A program made the translations under genes and the position numbers. Of a DNA stretch of 59,712 nucleotides, positions 1-13,523 are shown piece by piece. Location: NCBI RefSeq assembly GCF_001194135.2, contig NC_069000.1:12425942-12485653 (forward strand). Reading direction: 5' to 3'. Below the pieces are notes generated by a model, which had not been told where the DNA came from, made no database searches, and saw only the letters and a program-made list of their open reading frames with translations. The stretch is from Octopus bimaculoides. Lineage: Eukaryota. The number at the start of each line of letters is the position of its first letter. The stretch's first letter is position 1.

Positions 1-60
<60 letters not shown>

Positions 61-105
61 TGCCTCTCAGTGTGTATGCGTGTGTGTGTGTGTGTTTGTG
101 TGTGT
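1..105. repeat. (GT)n dinucleotide microsatellite
   Basis: Direct reading; nearly pure TG run from base 1, degenerating after ~58. Confidence 0.97.
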
Positions 106-478
106 GTCAGAGTTTATGTTTATCTGTGTCGTTCTGATTACATAAAAATCTACACAGGGTAACAGGTAAACATATAAAATGTTGTACGGATTCATACAAC
201 ACCAATTATAATTGCATGCGTATTCACTCCCACATCTAATTCTGTATGCAGACAGACACAAATATGCATACGTGTATGTACGTTTCTGAATACATTTACA
301 CACACTGGTATCTATGCATGCATATACATACACTCATAGTTACGTTAGGGTGATGAACAACACACATTATCTGATGAAAGAGGTTCAAAATAGGAATTGA
401 GCCAATTTTATTATATGTGTAGGATAATTATAAGTTCGAACTACGATTCTCTAGGCATATTAAAGGTGAATTCTTCAT

Positions 479-548
<70 letters not shown>

Positions 549-653
549 GTCTGTCTGTCTGTCTGTCTGTATGTATGTCTGTCTGTCTCTCTGTCTGTTT
601 GTCTGTCTATCTGTCGATATGTCTGTCTGTCTGTCTATCTATCTATCTGTCTA
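479..653. repeat. (ATCT)n grading into (GTCT)n tetranucleotide microsatellite
   Basis: Direct reading; runs into the N-gap at 654. Confidence 0.97.
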
Positions 654-928
654 NNNNNNNNNNNNNNNNNNNNNNNNNNNNNNNNNNNNNNNNNNNNNNN
701 NNNNNNNNNNNNNNNNNNNNNNNNNNNNNNNNNNNNNNNNNNNNNNNNNNNNNNNNNNNNNNNNNNNNNNNNNNNNNNNNNNNNNNNNNNNNNNNNNNNN
801 NNNNNNNNNNNNNNNNNNNNNNNNNNNNNNNNNNNNNNNNNNNNNNNNNNNNNNNNNNNNNNNNNNNNNNNNNNNNNNNNNNNNNNNNNNNNNNNNNNNN
901 NNNNNNNNNNNNNNNNNNNNNNNNNNNN

Positions 929-963
<35 letters not shown>

Positions 964-2212
964 AGTGAGAAAAAGACGGATAGAGTTTACGTAGAGGCAT
1001 ATACATTCACATACGTAATATGTATGTGAACCTGCGCACACATACAAATATCTCTACATATATGAATAAACTATCATGAATATATATACACCTCTGTCCC
1101 TGTCTCACAAATTATGCACGCATAAATATATACACAAACACACACAGCGGTAACAATGTGTGTATGCAACACAATCTCGTCTTTTATTTCTCACTCACTC
1201 ACCTTCTTCCTCTCTTTTTCTTCATCTCTTTCTTTCTTTGTAATACACATACACAAATATCCACTCATCGTTGATGATAGATAAAGGGGAAATAATCATA
1301 AAAATAAACTATGAAAAAGAAAGATTGAATAACAAAACGATGATAATACTTGCAGCAATATATAAACAAATATAAAGAACTAATTTGCCAGAAATGAATA
1401 TAACCAAACAAACCAACCACAAAAGTAAAAGAATGATAAATATAATAAATTAAACAACAATGAAATCAATAAAGCTGCCATTAAGAAAAGAAAAGAGAGA
1501 GTATAAGCAATGTGATATCTACGTTGATAAAATAAAATGAAGTAAAAAACATGGCGGAAAATTTAGTAAAAATGTCGACCAAGAGATTCGTAATAGAAGT
1601 TCTGAAGAAAGGTTAAATGATTAAAAGCTCTTGCTGCATGATAAGCTTACTTTGTGGTTATCACTGAAGCCTGTGATATTTTAGCAGTAAAATTGGCTGG
1701 AGGTCATGTGATGAGATATAGGGTTTTCAATATGGCAGAAAGACGAAGAGAAAAAATAGAAGAAAAGATATGGTTTATTGTGAAATGAAATCATAAACAT
1801 CTGAATACGAACGTAAACTCGCTCGCTCATATATATCGCATCAATGTTTCATACATATATGCGTATGTCTCTGTCTATATGTTTGTATGTATGTAAATAT
1901 GGATTTATTTATCATTCTGTCTATCAATGTTTGTTTGTCTGTATGTACGTATGTTCATATATGCATATATGTTTCTCTGTGGGGTCGAACATGCATGTCA
2001 TCGCGTATGCACGCCCATACCTCTTTTTTTTTCATCAAATTCTAAAATATTAACCACATTTTCTCACTCTTCACGTGTTCGCTGATAATATTCACCTATG
2101 GATGATTCCCTTCCATTGTAATGAACTTCTATCAAAATAGAATAGAAAAAAATCATAAATATATACACGTGTATATATATGAGTGTGTGTGTACTATCTA
2201 TCTATCTATCTT

Positions 2213-2247
<35 letters not shown>

Positions 2248-4125
2248 CGCTCTTAAATATATATAAGTAAAAAAAAAAGGGAAATATCGTATAGGAAATT
2301 TTTCGCTTATTTTGTTTTATTATCAGAGATGTAAGAACGTTATTAATATCATAGTTTTCTTAAAACTTTCTTAACATTTAAGTTACGCCGTAAAAAATGG
2401 CTGTATCTCTTGATGCCGCTTACGATGTAGATATATACATCGTTTAGGAAAATGCTGGTTGGGATTGTTGGCTATGTAAAAATATATCACAAATATAAGG
2501 ACTATGTTTGTGCTGAGACTTCAAGAATGAAAGAGACAGAAGTCGTAATATACATTACGAGTTTGCAAATAAAGTCGGCTGGGATCTTTAATAATATTTT
2601 CAGTAATATTTTCAGACTTGCAGAATTACCACAGGGAATGCATCATGGCATACCTCTCAGAAATAGAGGTGGAAGAACCGTCGCTAATGTGTTTCCCATA
2701 GGAAGAATGAATGGTGAAGCAGAAGGGAGATTGTTAGAGAGAAACAGCGAAGAGAATTCTTAAAACAAATCTAGACAGATAATTTTTTTATTATTGACAG
2801 GGCAGAAAAATAAAAAGACACTAGATGATATAACCATTATAACAGTCACGATAATGGTCAACTCATTAATTAAATATATTAAACAACACAACGTAACAGT
2901 TATTCATCGGAAATACATTTGCGTTATTGTATAACTAATAGATTTCAGTATAATTTACGATGAATCAAAAAGGAAAGAGGAATAAGGTAGGTTTGCTTTA
3001 CTCACTATACTCTTGCAGTCCATGTATAATTAATAATCAATATATGAATACATAGCTTAATAAAGTGACTCATATGTGGGCTACATAGTAATAGCATTCA
3101 CTATATACATACATACACATACACACACAGACACACACACATATATACCCGGGTATATGCTTTCATTTATACATTCTTGTGTATGTATATGTGTGTTTGT
3201 ATGTGAGTGTTTATAGAGATACTGGCCTTTTTTTTTTACACCCTTATTCTGATGGAACACAGAATATCCAGTCTTCTGTTTGTTCCGTCAATTTATATAC
3301 AACAAATATTTAAACAGCACGAAAATGAATATTTCATTTTGATATTTCTTTCTATAATGTCATAGAAACCTGCTCATATGTGCGATGATATGTAATTAAA
3401 TATCTCCTTCACAATCCCCTAATTATCTACCCTTTTAAATTAATGAATTGCCTGTAACTACATCATATTTCAACACAGCATCGGATTTAAAACACATTAA
3501 TTAAGCACTTAAAATAAATTAATTACAAATATATATAATGTAACGTAGTGTTACAGAACAGGTTTCTTATTTTCAGTGTAGTTTAGATCCTTATCAATCC
3601 CAATGGCGCAAACATATGATGAAAGACATATCCGTTGTGAATGTCACGTTTTGTGTGTTGTCTTTTTTTTTGTTGGTGGGTGTTTAACACTAGATTATCT
3701 AATGTGTCCTTTACTTTTAATACAGTGACATAAGGGGCGTTTAGCTATTATTTCTAAGAGGTCAAATTATTATGTAAGGGATCCGTCATTGTCTTGTATA
3801 TAATTTCAACTAATCACTAATCAGAGCTATAATCAAAAGTGCTTCAGTTCAGTGTTCCTATAATTTTTATGAGATTAAGCTGTGATGTAACGGACTTCGA
3901 GCTATTATTTCTAGCAGATCTAGCGAGACTTCTTGGTGTTCTCATCCAAGATAGAGACGATTACCAATGTTTCCAAGTGGCAGGTTTGATAATTGTTTAT
4001 TCAGTATATATGTATGTATATATATATATATTCTGTATAATTTTGTATACAAAACATCTTATACACACACACACATATATGTATGTAAGTATGTATGTAT
4101 ATGTGTGTGTATACATATATAGTCA

Positions 4126-4433
4126 TTTCAAATAAAGGAATGGTAAAATAAACGGACAACAAGCGGACGTGCACAGGAATGTATTAGCGTGACGTTCATT
4201 AAGAAGTGATAGTCTGACGTTTCGAGCATAGCTCTTCGTCGGAAAGGAGAAAGAGAAAAATCTAAAGAATGAAAAGAAATCGCCAACAGCAGGTGTGTAG
4301 TTGTATTGCTGGATATATATAAATATATTTCGCCATGATAGATCGCTGACCACTACAAACATTTTTTCTCTCCTTGTTTCTTTCTGTGTGCCTTTCTGTG
4401 GAAGAGCGTAGGCTCGAAACGTTAAAGACTTTC
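4126..4433. mobile_element. Two inverted copies of a Penelope-like element end (pseudo-LTR-like) with hammerhead-like motifs
   Basis: Minus-strand CTTTCCGACGAAGAGCTATGCTCGAAACGTCAGAC (4212-4246) and plus-strand CTTTCTGTGGAAGAGCGTAGGCTCGAAACGTTAAAG (4392-4427) are homologous and inverted. The CTGANGAA..GCTCGAAACGT motif is typical of PLE ends (family assignment from recall). Confidence 0.6.
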
Positions 4434-4553
4434 NNNNNNNNNNTATATATATATATATATATATAAATACGCACCCACACACATACATAATATATACATA
4501 CAAATATACATATATCCATGCACAAATACATACATACATATATACATACATAC

Positions 4554-4584
<31 letters not shown>

Positions 4585-5229
4585 CATACATACATACATA
4601 CTTACGTACATACATAATAAATGCATTTATGCATTAAACTACGAAACATCTATCGGACAGATGTAAGTAGAAATCAGTGTTTGCAGCTCGAAATTCTTCT
4701 CTTTTGGTTCAGACTCGGAGAAGGCATTTCTTTTCTCCTGAAGACCAGCAGTTTCTCATGCAGCAAATCTCCTTCCCTTTCTGTCTTTCTACGCCATCGA
4801 CATCGACGATATCCAAGGGAACATTCTTTATTATATAATAATAGTTTCATAATCTAAAAATAAAATGATATATGAGGCATCTTAAAAGACCAACCACATA
4901 GAAAAATAGTCATGGGGAAGAAAAAAAATAACAAACCCACAATAAGCAGTAGAACTAAGAAATATAGCAGGGATTGCTACAATCGTCTTTGATGTAACCA
5001 CGCCATCAAGCCAACTCTCTACGCTGATATAGTAATGGTGTACAATGACAGCGTTACTATAAACTATTCAAGCAAATCATACGCCCGAATTGCATAACAT
5101 AATAGAAATAGACATTTAGATAGAGACTGAAATATAATGGGATCGTGACAAAAGGAATAGAAGTGAGTCATAACTACTGCTGGCGTTATTTGGATATCCT
5201 AGATGTAACACTGATTGAAATATCTGTGT

Positions 5230-5363
5230 GTCTGTATGTATCTCTATAAGTATTATTGTATGCGTTACTGTATGCAAGCACATTTGGGCGTGTTGGTATG
5301 TATATATATATATGTGTAGGGATGTGTAGTTATGTTTGTATGTGTTCTTCTGTGTATTTTCAC

Positions 5364-5394
<31 letters not shown>

Positions 5395-6540
5395 GTGTGT
5401 GTGCGTGTGTGTATGCGTGTGTGTGTGAACGCAAGTATGTCGGTTGATATAATTTTGTGTGCATTTGTATCTTTGTATTTACAGGGTTTGCGGCTGTTTG
5501 CGAATGGGCGCGTGTCTATGTGTATATGCATTTGCACGTATTTGTGTGTGTCAGTGTATGGACGTATGTGTGTGTGTGTGTATGTATTGGCTTTTATTTG
5601 TTTGTGTGTTTTTTGTTCGCATGTCTGTGTGTATGTATGTGAGTGAGTGCTTGCTTCCATGTGTCTATTTGTACGACTGTGTATGTATTTATGTGTATTT
5701 TTGTACTTGTGTGCGAACGTAACTGTAAATGTGTTTGTGTCAGTTTGTGTAATTGCGTGTCTCTGTGCATGTGTATGTATATGTCTTCGTGTGTATAGCT
5801 ATGTACTTTCTTGTGTGTATGTCTGTGTAACACGTGTGCATATGTGTACTTTTGTGCGTGTATATGTACATGTGTATGCATATGAAGTAATATGTGTGTC
5901 TATGTCTGTGTCTGTGTATGTGCGTGTCAATGTGTGTTTGAGTTCGTGTTTATTTGTCTACGTAAGTTTCTGTGTAAGCACGTGTGTATGCATATATGTG
6001 TTTGTGTATATTTGTGTGTATGAATCTTTGTATGCTCGTGAGAATGCATATGAATGTGTGCGGGTATTTATGCGTGTGTGTTTATATCTGGGAATGTGTA
6101 TGCATGCGTTTGTATACATACATGTGCTTGTATTCGTATTTAAAAGGTATATAAGTTTTTTTTAAATTCTTTTATATGTTTCATTCATTTGACTGCGGCC
6201 ATGCTGGAGCACCGCCTTTTGTATGTATTTGTGTGGTAGTATGCGTCTATATGTGAGGGCATGCGTGCGTGCCTGCGTAAACAGTATGTGGTTTCTGTGT
6301 GTGTTTGTGTGTGTATGCATGTGTATATGTGTAAGTCTGTGTATCTGTGCATACGCGTGTTTGCAAATCGATGCGTCTTACTTTGTGCGAGGTTGTATGC
6401 GCGCGCGTCTGTGTGTATTTGCGTGTACGTTTGTGTGTATATATGTGAATCTGTGCTTGTATATGGGTGGATAACATTATGTGACTGTAAATGCGTGCGT
6501 GTGTGTCTGTGTGCGCTTGTGCGCGTGCGAGTGATATCCT
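5230..6540. repeat. Long degenerate (GT)/(GTAT)-derived low-complexity tract
   Basis: About 1.3 kb dominated by TGTG/TATG words; explains the Val/Cys/Tyr and His/Thr ORFs in the track. Confidence 0.9.
6172..6220 (-). mobile_element. 3' tail fragment of SINE family B
   Basis: CATTTGACTGCGGCCATGCTGGAGCACCGCCTTT is the reverse complement of the tail of the full copy at 25665-25700. Confidence 0.85.
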
Positions 6541-6894
6541 AATTGATTACTTCATTAGGGCTCTGGACTGATTCTGTACTGGAAACAATGAAAGACTAAC
6601 AGAAATATCACAATCTTATTCTGTTACCTTATAAAAGAATTTCTCCCGTTTTAGATCATTCAAGGATAAGGGAATATAATCCACCGATTCCCTATTTTGA
6701 TACAACTCTCCACCCCCACTTACTTCGTTATACCCCCTTCCTCTACTCTCTAGTCTATATTTAACTTTTCTATTTTTAACTCCCTTATTTTTCGAGCTCT
6801 TTTCTCTGAAAGATAAAAAAAAAACAGAAAAAGAAGTTACTAAGAAATAGCCAACTCTTTAGACAACCTAATTTTATTGACCCCTCTCAGCCAT

Positions 6895-6920
6895 ACTGCA
6901 TACTACTACAACTACTACTT

Positions 6921-6984
<64 letters not shown>

Positions 6985-7044
6985 CATCACCACTACTACC
7001 ACCACTACTACATTTACGTATATATATATATATATATATATATA
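6895..7044. repeat. (TAC)n/(CAC)n trinucleotide tract followed by (AT)n
   Basis: Direct reading. Confidence 0.95.
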
Positions 7045-8399
7045 NNNNNNNNNNNNNNNNNNNNNNNNNNNNNNNNNNNNNNNNNNNNNNNNNNNNNNNN
7101 NNNNNNNNNNNNNNNNNNNNNNNNNNNNNNNNNNNNNNNNNNNNNNNNNNNNNNNNNNNNNNNNNNNNNNNNNNNNNNNNNNNNNNNNNNNNNNNNNNNN
7201 NNNNNNNNNNNNNNNNNNNNNNNNNNNNNNNNNNNNNNNNNNNNNNNNNNNNNNNNNNNNNNNNNNNNNNNNNNNNNNNNNNNNNNNNNNNNNNNNNNNN
7301 NNNNNNNNNNNNNNNNNNNNNNNNNNNNNNNNNNNNNNNNNNNNNNNNNNNNNNNNNNNNNNNNNNNNNNNNNNNNNNNNNNNNNNNNNNNNNNNNNNNN
7401 NNNNNNNNNNNNNNNNNNNNNNNNNNNNNNNNNNNNNNNNNNNNNNNNNNNNNNNNNNNNNNNNNNNNNNNNNNNNNNNNNNNNNNNNNNNNNNNNNNNN
7501 NNNNNNNNNNNNNNNNNNNNNNNNNNNNNNNNNNNNNNNNNNNNNNNNNNNNNNNNNNNNNNNNNNNNNNNNNNNNNNNNNNNNNNNNNNNNNNNNNNNN
7601 NNNNNNNNNNNNNNNNNNNNNNNNNNNNNNNNNNNNNNNNNNNNNNNNNNNNNNNNNNNNNNNNNNNNNNNNNNNNNNNNNNNNNNNNNNNNNNNNNNNN
7701 NNNNNNNNNNNNNNNNNNNNNNNNNNNNNNNNNNNNNNNNNNNNNNNNNNNNNNNNNNNNNNNNNNNNNNNNNNNNNNNNNNNNNNNNNNNNNNNNNNNN
7801 NNNNNNNNNNNNNNNNNNNNNNNNNNNNNNNNNNNNNNNNNNNNNNNNNNNNNNNNNNNNNNNNNNNNNNNNNNNNNNNNNNNNNNNNNNNNNNNNNNNN
7901 NNATATATGCGGCGACAGAGAAAAATGAGTCGAAAAGTGAGAAAATGGAAGTGAGATCGAGAACGAGAACGAGAACGAGAACGAGAACGAGAAAGAGAGT
8001 GATTAAGAGAGAGAGAGAGAGAGGAAGAGAGAGAGAGGGAGAGAGAGCAAGAAAGAGAAAGAGAAGGAGGAGAGACCTTCTGGCATCTAGACATCGTTCT
8101 AAGTTTAACATTTAATCATTTGTTATATTAGACCCCGATCCTCTTTCAATCATTTTTCCTGCTCCCATCACCCTCTAATACAATTCCTGCAGTCTCACAC
8201 GCCTTCCTCTAACCTCACTACCGTTCTCAATATCTTTTTCTAGAACAATTACCTCTTCCACTGACACAGTTACGATGGAGCCGTAACGCTCGGCCATCGT
8301 CTTTCTTTATAAAAACCATAGAACTTCCCCGAGCTAATGTGTCTATTCTCGGACCATTTTGTGCTATCAATTTTATTCCCTTTCATACAGAGTAAGCCT

Positions 8400-8830
<431 letters not shown>

Positions 8831-10163
8831 ATGTTGAACATGTACATACGTTGAATATATATATTCAATGTATGCTTTCATTGATAGCGGTATAGTATTA
8901 AAAATAGATATTGGCGAACATATTTCTGTAATTGGATTTCAATTGCCGGATTCTTTTAGTTCCTTAACGTCCTCCATTAACGTATGTTTTCCTGTTGGTA
9001 ACAAATTCAACAGGACTCATAACCCATTATTGGATACCGCAAATTGTTGAGTATATATACTTACACATTCGGGTGTATTTCTTTCAAATGATTGACAGCA
9101 TTGACCACACACACACACACACACGCACACACGTACATGTGCATATAATATATATTTATATGGACATGTGTGCATTTCTATATATGTTATATTATATGCA
9201 TATATGGATTTTAACTCTTATTTCTAGCATTATAGGTGCTACACGGCACCCTCAGTGACGATAAGCCTCAACTAAACCGTTCCTTTTTGGTTTTATATTG
9301 CGTATAGCTACCTAGCTTATTTTATAATTTTCACATTAGCATTGTGTTAAATCAGCCATAAATCGATACGGTAGATGTATATTCTGATACTCAGAGTTTA
9401 GCCAAACCATCCAGCGATGTCGTTGTTTCTACTGATGAACTTGTAATTTTCAAGCGTAACTAGTCAGGTATAGTGAAGTAGCTTTACTTTAGGGTATTAT
9501 CTCCCCTGTCAGTATATGAAAATGTGCTTTCTTGTGGCTCTAAGGGACTTCAACTCTTATTTCTAGCAACACAGGAGCTACGCAGCACCATCAGTCACAA
9601 TTAGTGATAAGTGAATTTTTCCATTTTGGTTTAATATTAGGGATGGCTGCCCTTCTTATTTGATATATATATATATATATATATANNNNNNNNNNNNNNN
9701 NNNNNNNNNNNNNNNNNNNNNNNNNNNNNNNNNNNNNNNNNNNNNNNNNNNNNNNNNNNNNNNNNNNNNNNNNNNNNNNNNNNNNNNNNNNNNNNNNNNN
9801 NNNNNNNNNNNNNNNNNNNNNNNNNNNNNNNNNNNNNNNNNNNNNNNNNNNNNNNNNNNNNNNNNNNNNNNNNNNNNNNNNNNNNNNNNNNNNNNNNNNN
9901 NNNNNNNNNNNNNNNNNNNNNNNNNNNNNNNNNNNNNNNNNNNNNNNNNNNNNNNNNNNNNNNNNNNNNNNNNNNNNNNNNNNNNNNNNNNNNNNNNNNN
10001 NNNNNNNNNNNNNNNNNNNNNNTGCATACACGTACGTATGTATCATCTTCATATAATCAACGCTAATTCCCCTTCATTCACCAAGAAACAATAAACTTCG
10101 CGATTTAATAGGCAGGACAAGAGTCATCTTTATTAAATCTGTGTCATCCAGCTAATACACCCC

Positions 10164-10209
<46 letters not shown>

Positions 10210-11012
10210 CATGCATACACATATACATACACACATATATATATACTTGTGTATCCGGGTTTGTCACTATAACGTTAAGTCTTTCCAGCAAGCATTCTCA
10301 ACATATTTTAATTAAAATTATTCGTCCCATTATTAAATCGTAATGGAATACTTCGAATAATTCACGTTTCATATCCTGACGCTTTATGTATGATGTGTTT
10401 GTAATATATAGGCATATTTCTCATATAGCATCGATCCTTTTGGTTGTAACTAGGTAACATTCATCGTCATAAATGAAGAGATCATAGGATAAATTCCCAC
10501 TGCTGTAGCAGCCAAGGTTTATTTAAACTAATCCCACTAAAGTCGCTTAGAGAGAGAGAGAGAGAGAGGGGGTGGCGATCCCTATCAGGTCGAGTTGCCT
10601 TGAAATTTTACTTTGACATATTTCTTATTCTAAAGGTTTTAGATTCCGCTCGCTCTTTCTAGGAAATATGACTTTAAAAGCACCTTAAAGCAGATCTCGA
10701 TAGATCTAGTAAAAACAATGATTACTGTCTCGAGAATAAGAAAAAAGACGAGTGTGTGTGTGTGTATGAAAGAGAGAGAGAGAGGGGGAGAGAGAGAGAG
10801 AGGAGGAGAAGGAGAACGGTGATTTCTACCAGGTCGACTTACCTTGAAATCCAATGAATGAGAGAGAGAGAGAAAGAGGGTAATGCTTATCTGGCCGACA
10901 TGCCTTGAAATCCAACTTCATCATAATCCTAATCCTTCAGTTTTTAGTTCCAGACGATCTTTCAAGGAAATATAACTTCAAAAGCATTTTAGAGGAAGTC
11001 TCGGTATACCTA

Positions 11013-11190
11013 TGAGGGGATGCCGAAAAATTCCTGGTATTGGGTAAAAGAAAATCCAGGAGGATCTGTTAGTTGTGATTTTATTCAACATATTCCCTTC
11101 TCAGATTCACACATTTATTGCAGCGGTCTTAGAGTTTTTCTTAATTCTGTAAAAGAACGTGGACCTTTAATCAGGCCTTTAGCGATGCCC
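11013..11190 (+). mobile_element. Mariner-type MITE copy (right end lost in gap)
   Basis: TA followed by TGAGGGGATGCCGAAAAATTCCTGG; the body matches the copies at 43306 and 57129. Confidence 0.8.
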
Positions 11191-11621
11191 NNNNNNNNNN
11201 NNNNNNNNNNNNNNNNNNNNNNNNNNNNNNNNNNNNNNNNNNNNNNNNNNNNNNNNNNNNNNNNNNNNNNNNNNNNNNNNNNNNNNNNNNNNNNNNNNNN
11301 NNNNNNNNNNNNNNNNNNNNNNNNNNNNNNNNNNNNNNNNNNNNNNNNNNNNNNNNNNNNNNNNNNNNNNNNNNNNNNNNNNNNNNNNNNNNNNNNNNNN
11401 NNNNNNNNNNNNNNNNNNNNNNNNNNNNNNNNNNNNNNNNNNNNNNNNNNNNNNNNNNNNNNNNNNNNNNNNNNNNNNNNNNNNNNNNNNNNNNNNNNNN
11501 NNNNNNNNNNNNNNNNNNNNNNNNNNNNNNNNNNNNNNNNNNNNNNNNNNNNNNNNNNNNNNNNNNNNNNNNNNNNNNNNNNNNNNNNNNNNNNNNNNNN
11601 NNNNNNNNNNNNNNNNNNNNN

Positions 11622-11696
<75 letters not shown>

Positions 11697-12164
11697 ATTC
11701 TCATAAGACTTGGATGATGAGAAGAATTCGAAGCTGATTCTGGAAAGTAACGGAAGAAATATCAATTATATAATTCCACGGATTACCTTCTAATGATATT
11801 AGTCTGCATCTCTAATTTCTATTATCATTATTGATATATTTCATTTCCTCTACATTATTAATAGCTTTAAGAAGCCAAAGAACGCCCATACATTCCATTT
11901 CAACTCATTTATAAACCCACTATGAATGGAATTACTCATTTTGTAGCTCTAGATATTGTGATATGGTTATATTGTGTTAATGCTGAAGCATCGCGTCCCT
12001 GATCATGTTACAAATTAATTATTTATTTCCTAGTCCGTTTGTAAAGGTGAAATGTACTCCAAAGTGAAAACCTCTTTTCGTTCGTTTCTCACACAAATTC
12101 ATTTTGCAAGGGATTTAGTAAGTGAGAGAATACCGGCGTTGATAATCCTGGGGGGTGGCTGTGG

Positions 12165-12345
12165 GTTTTATCGTTTATGTATTAATAGTTTCAGTCATTG
12201 GATTGCGGGCATGTTGGAGCGCCGTCATGAAGTGGTATTGTTCGATACTTATGTTCCTTTAAGCCTGGTTCTTATTCTATCGGAATCCTTTGCCGTGACG
12301 CTGATTTAAGGGGATGTAAACATACACACGTTGTCAACTAGTGTG
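12165..12345 (-). mobile_element. Old 3' half of SINE family B
   Basis: GTTTCAGTCATTGGATTGCGGGCATGTTGGAGCGCCG...TTCTTATTCTATCGG matches the family B tail in reverse. Confidence 0.7.
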
Positions 12346-12619
12346 GGATGAGATGCAAAGGCACAAGAATAATATACCTACAGAAACACAGACAGACTCA
12401 CGCGCGCGCACGCACACACACACACACATAACACACTGATAACTGAATGCGTTCTTGAAACTCAGCTAAATTATTGATCCATCCTGGGAATGGAGTAAGA
12501 AAAAACTATTGAAAAAGAGACGTCGTGGAGAGATAATTAAGATCCAAGAGAAATGAAGATAAAATTATGAAAAAGAAATCTAGAAAATTATAACATCATA
12601 ATCAAAATTAAAAATTTAT

Positions 12620-12703
12620 ACCCTTTTAACACATATCATACATGATCACCATAAAAATTTCCGATTTCATTGAAAGAGATAGTTAATTTTGGGAGACCCT
12701 GTA
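12620..12703. mobile_element. Probable Tc1/mariner terminal fragment
   Basis: Ends in TTTTGGGAGACCCTG followed by TA (reverse: TA-CAGGGTCTCCCAAAA), resembling a Tc1/mariner TIR. No partner end found. Confidence 0.4.
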
Positions 12704-12921
12704 CTATCTAGTCGACTAGATTTGATATTCATTAATAAATAGCCACTAACTATTACTACATATTTATTGTTTCACTAAATACACCGCGATACACAATACT
12801 TGATGATAAACAGATATAATAAAAAAATTCAAGCACAGTGTTATGTCAAACGTCATAAATATTTCATCTTTGCCATATTGTCGCAAACCACTTTGATATA
12901 TATACATATATACCTACCTAC

Positions 12922-12976
<55 letters not shown>

Positions 12977-13104
12977 NNNNNNNNNNNNNNNNNNNNNNNN
13001 NNNNNNNNNNNNNNNNNNNNNNNNNNNNNNNNNNNNNNNNNNNNNNNNNNNNNNNNNNNNNNNNNNNNNNNNNNNNNNNNTCTATATTGAAAATATCAAT
13101 TTGT

Positions 13105-13149
<45 letters not shown>

Positions 13150-13396
13150 CAAATATTGCTTCTAAGCAATTATTTTTGCTCGGTTCCCCTTTATCTAGCA
13201 ATATCTGACTGTACGCATTATCTTGGGTTTCAAGTTTTATATCTCAACGTCACTAAATTGTGTGATGTGGAATACATTACCAGATTTATGATGAAACAAT
13301 ATCGTTCGATGACATACGTACATACCCACATATATACTTACATACATATAAATACATACATACATACATATATACATACAAATACATACATATACA

Positions 13397-13432
<36 letters not shown>

Positions 13433-13472
13433 CACACATATACAGTATATATATAAGCACATATATATATAA

Positions 13473-13523
<51 letters not shown>

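Noticed and set aside
1543-1611. Upstream exon splicing to 2616 (MAENLVK... or HGGKFSKNVDQEIRNRSSEE)
   Set aside because: The donor (GTTAAA) is weak, the alternative frame has a purine-rich acceptor just after a stop codon, and no homology is recognised.
8877-9050. Exon encoding [20 protein letters not shown] (discoidin-like strand) or HYWIPQIV
   Set aside because: Similarities are only a few residues long and the splice signals are mediocre and mutually inconsistent.
12706-12721. Perfect 16-bp palindrome ATCTAGTCGACTAGAT next to a mariner-like end
   Set aside because: About one such palindrome is expected by chance in tens of kilobases; no other support.
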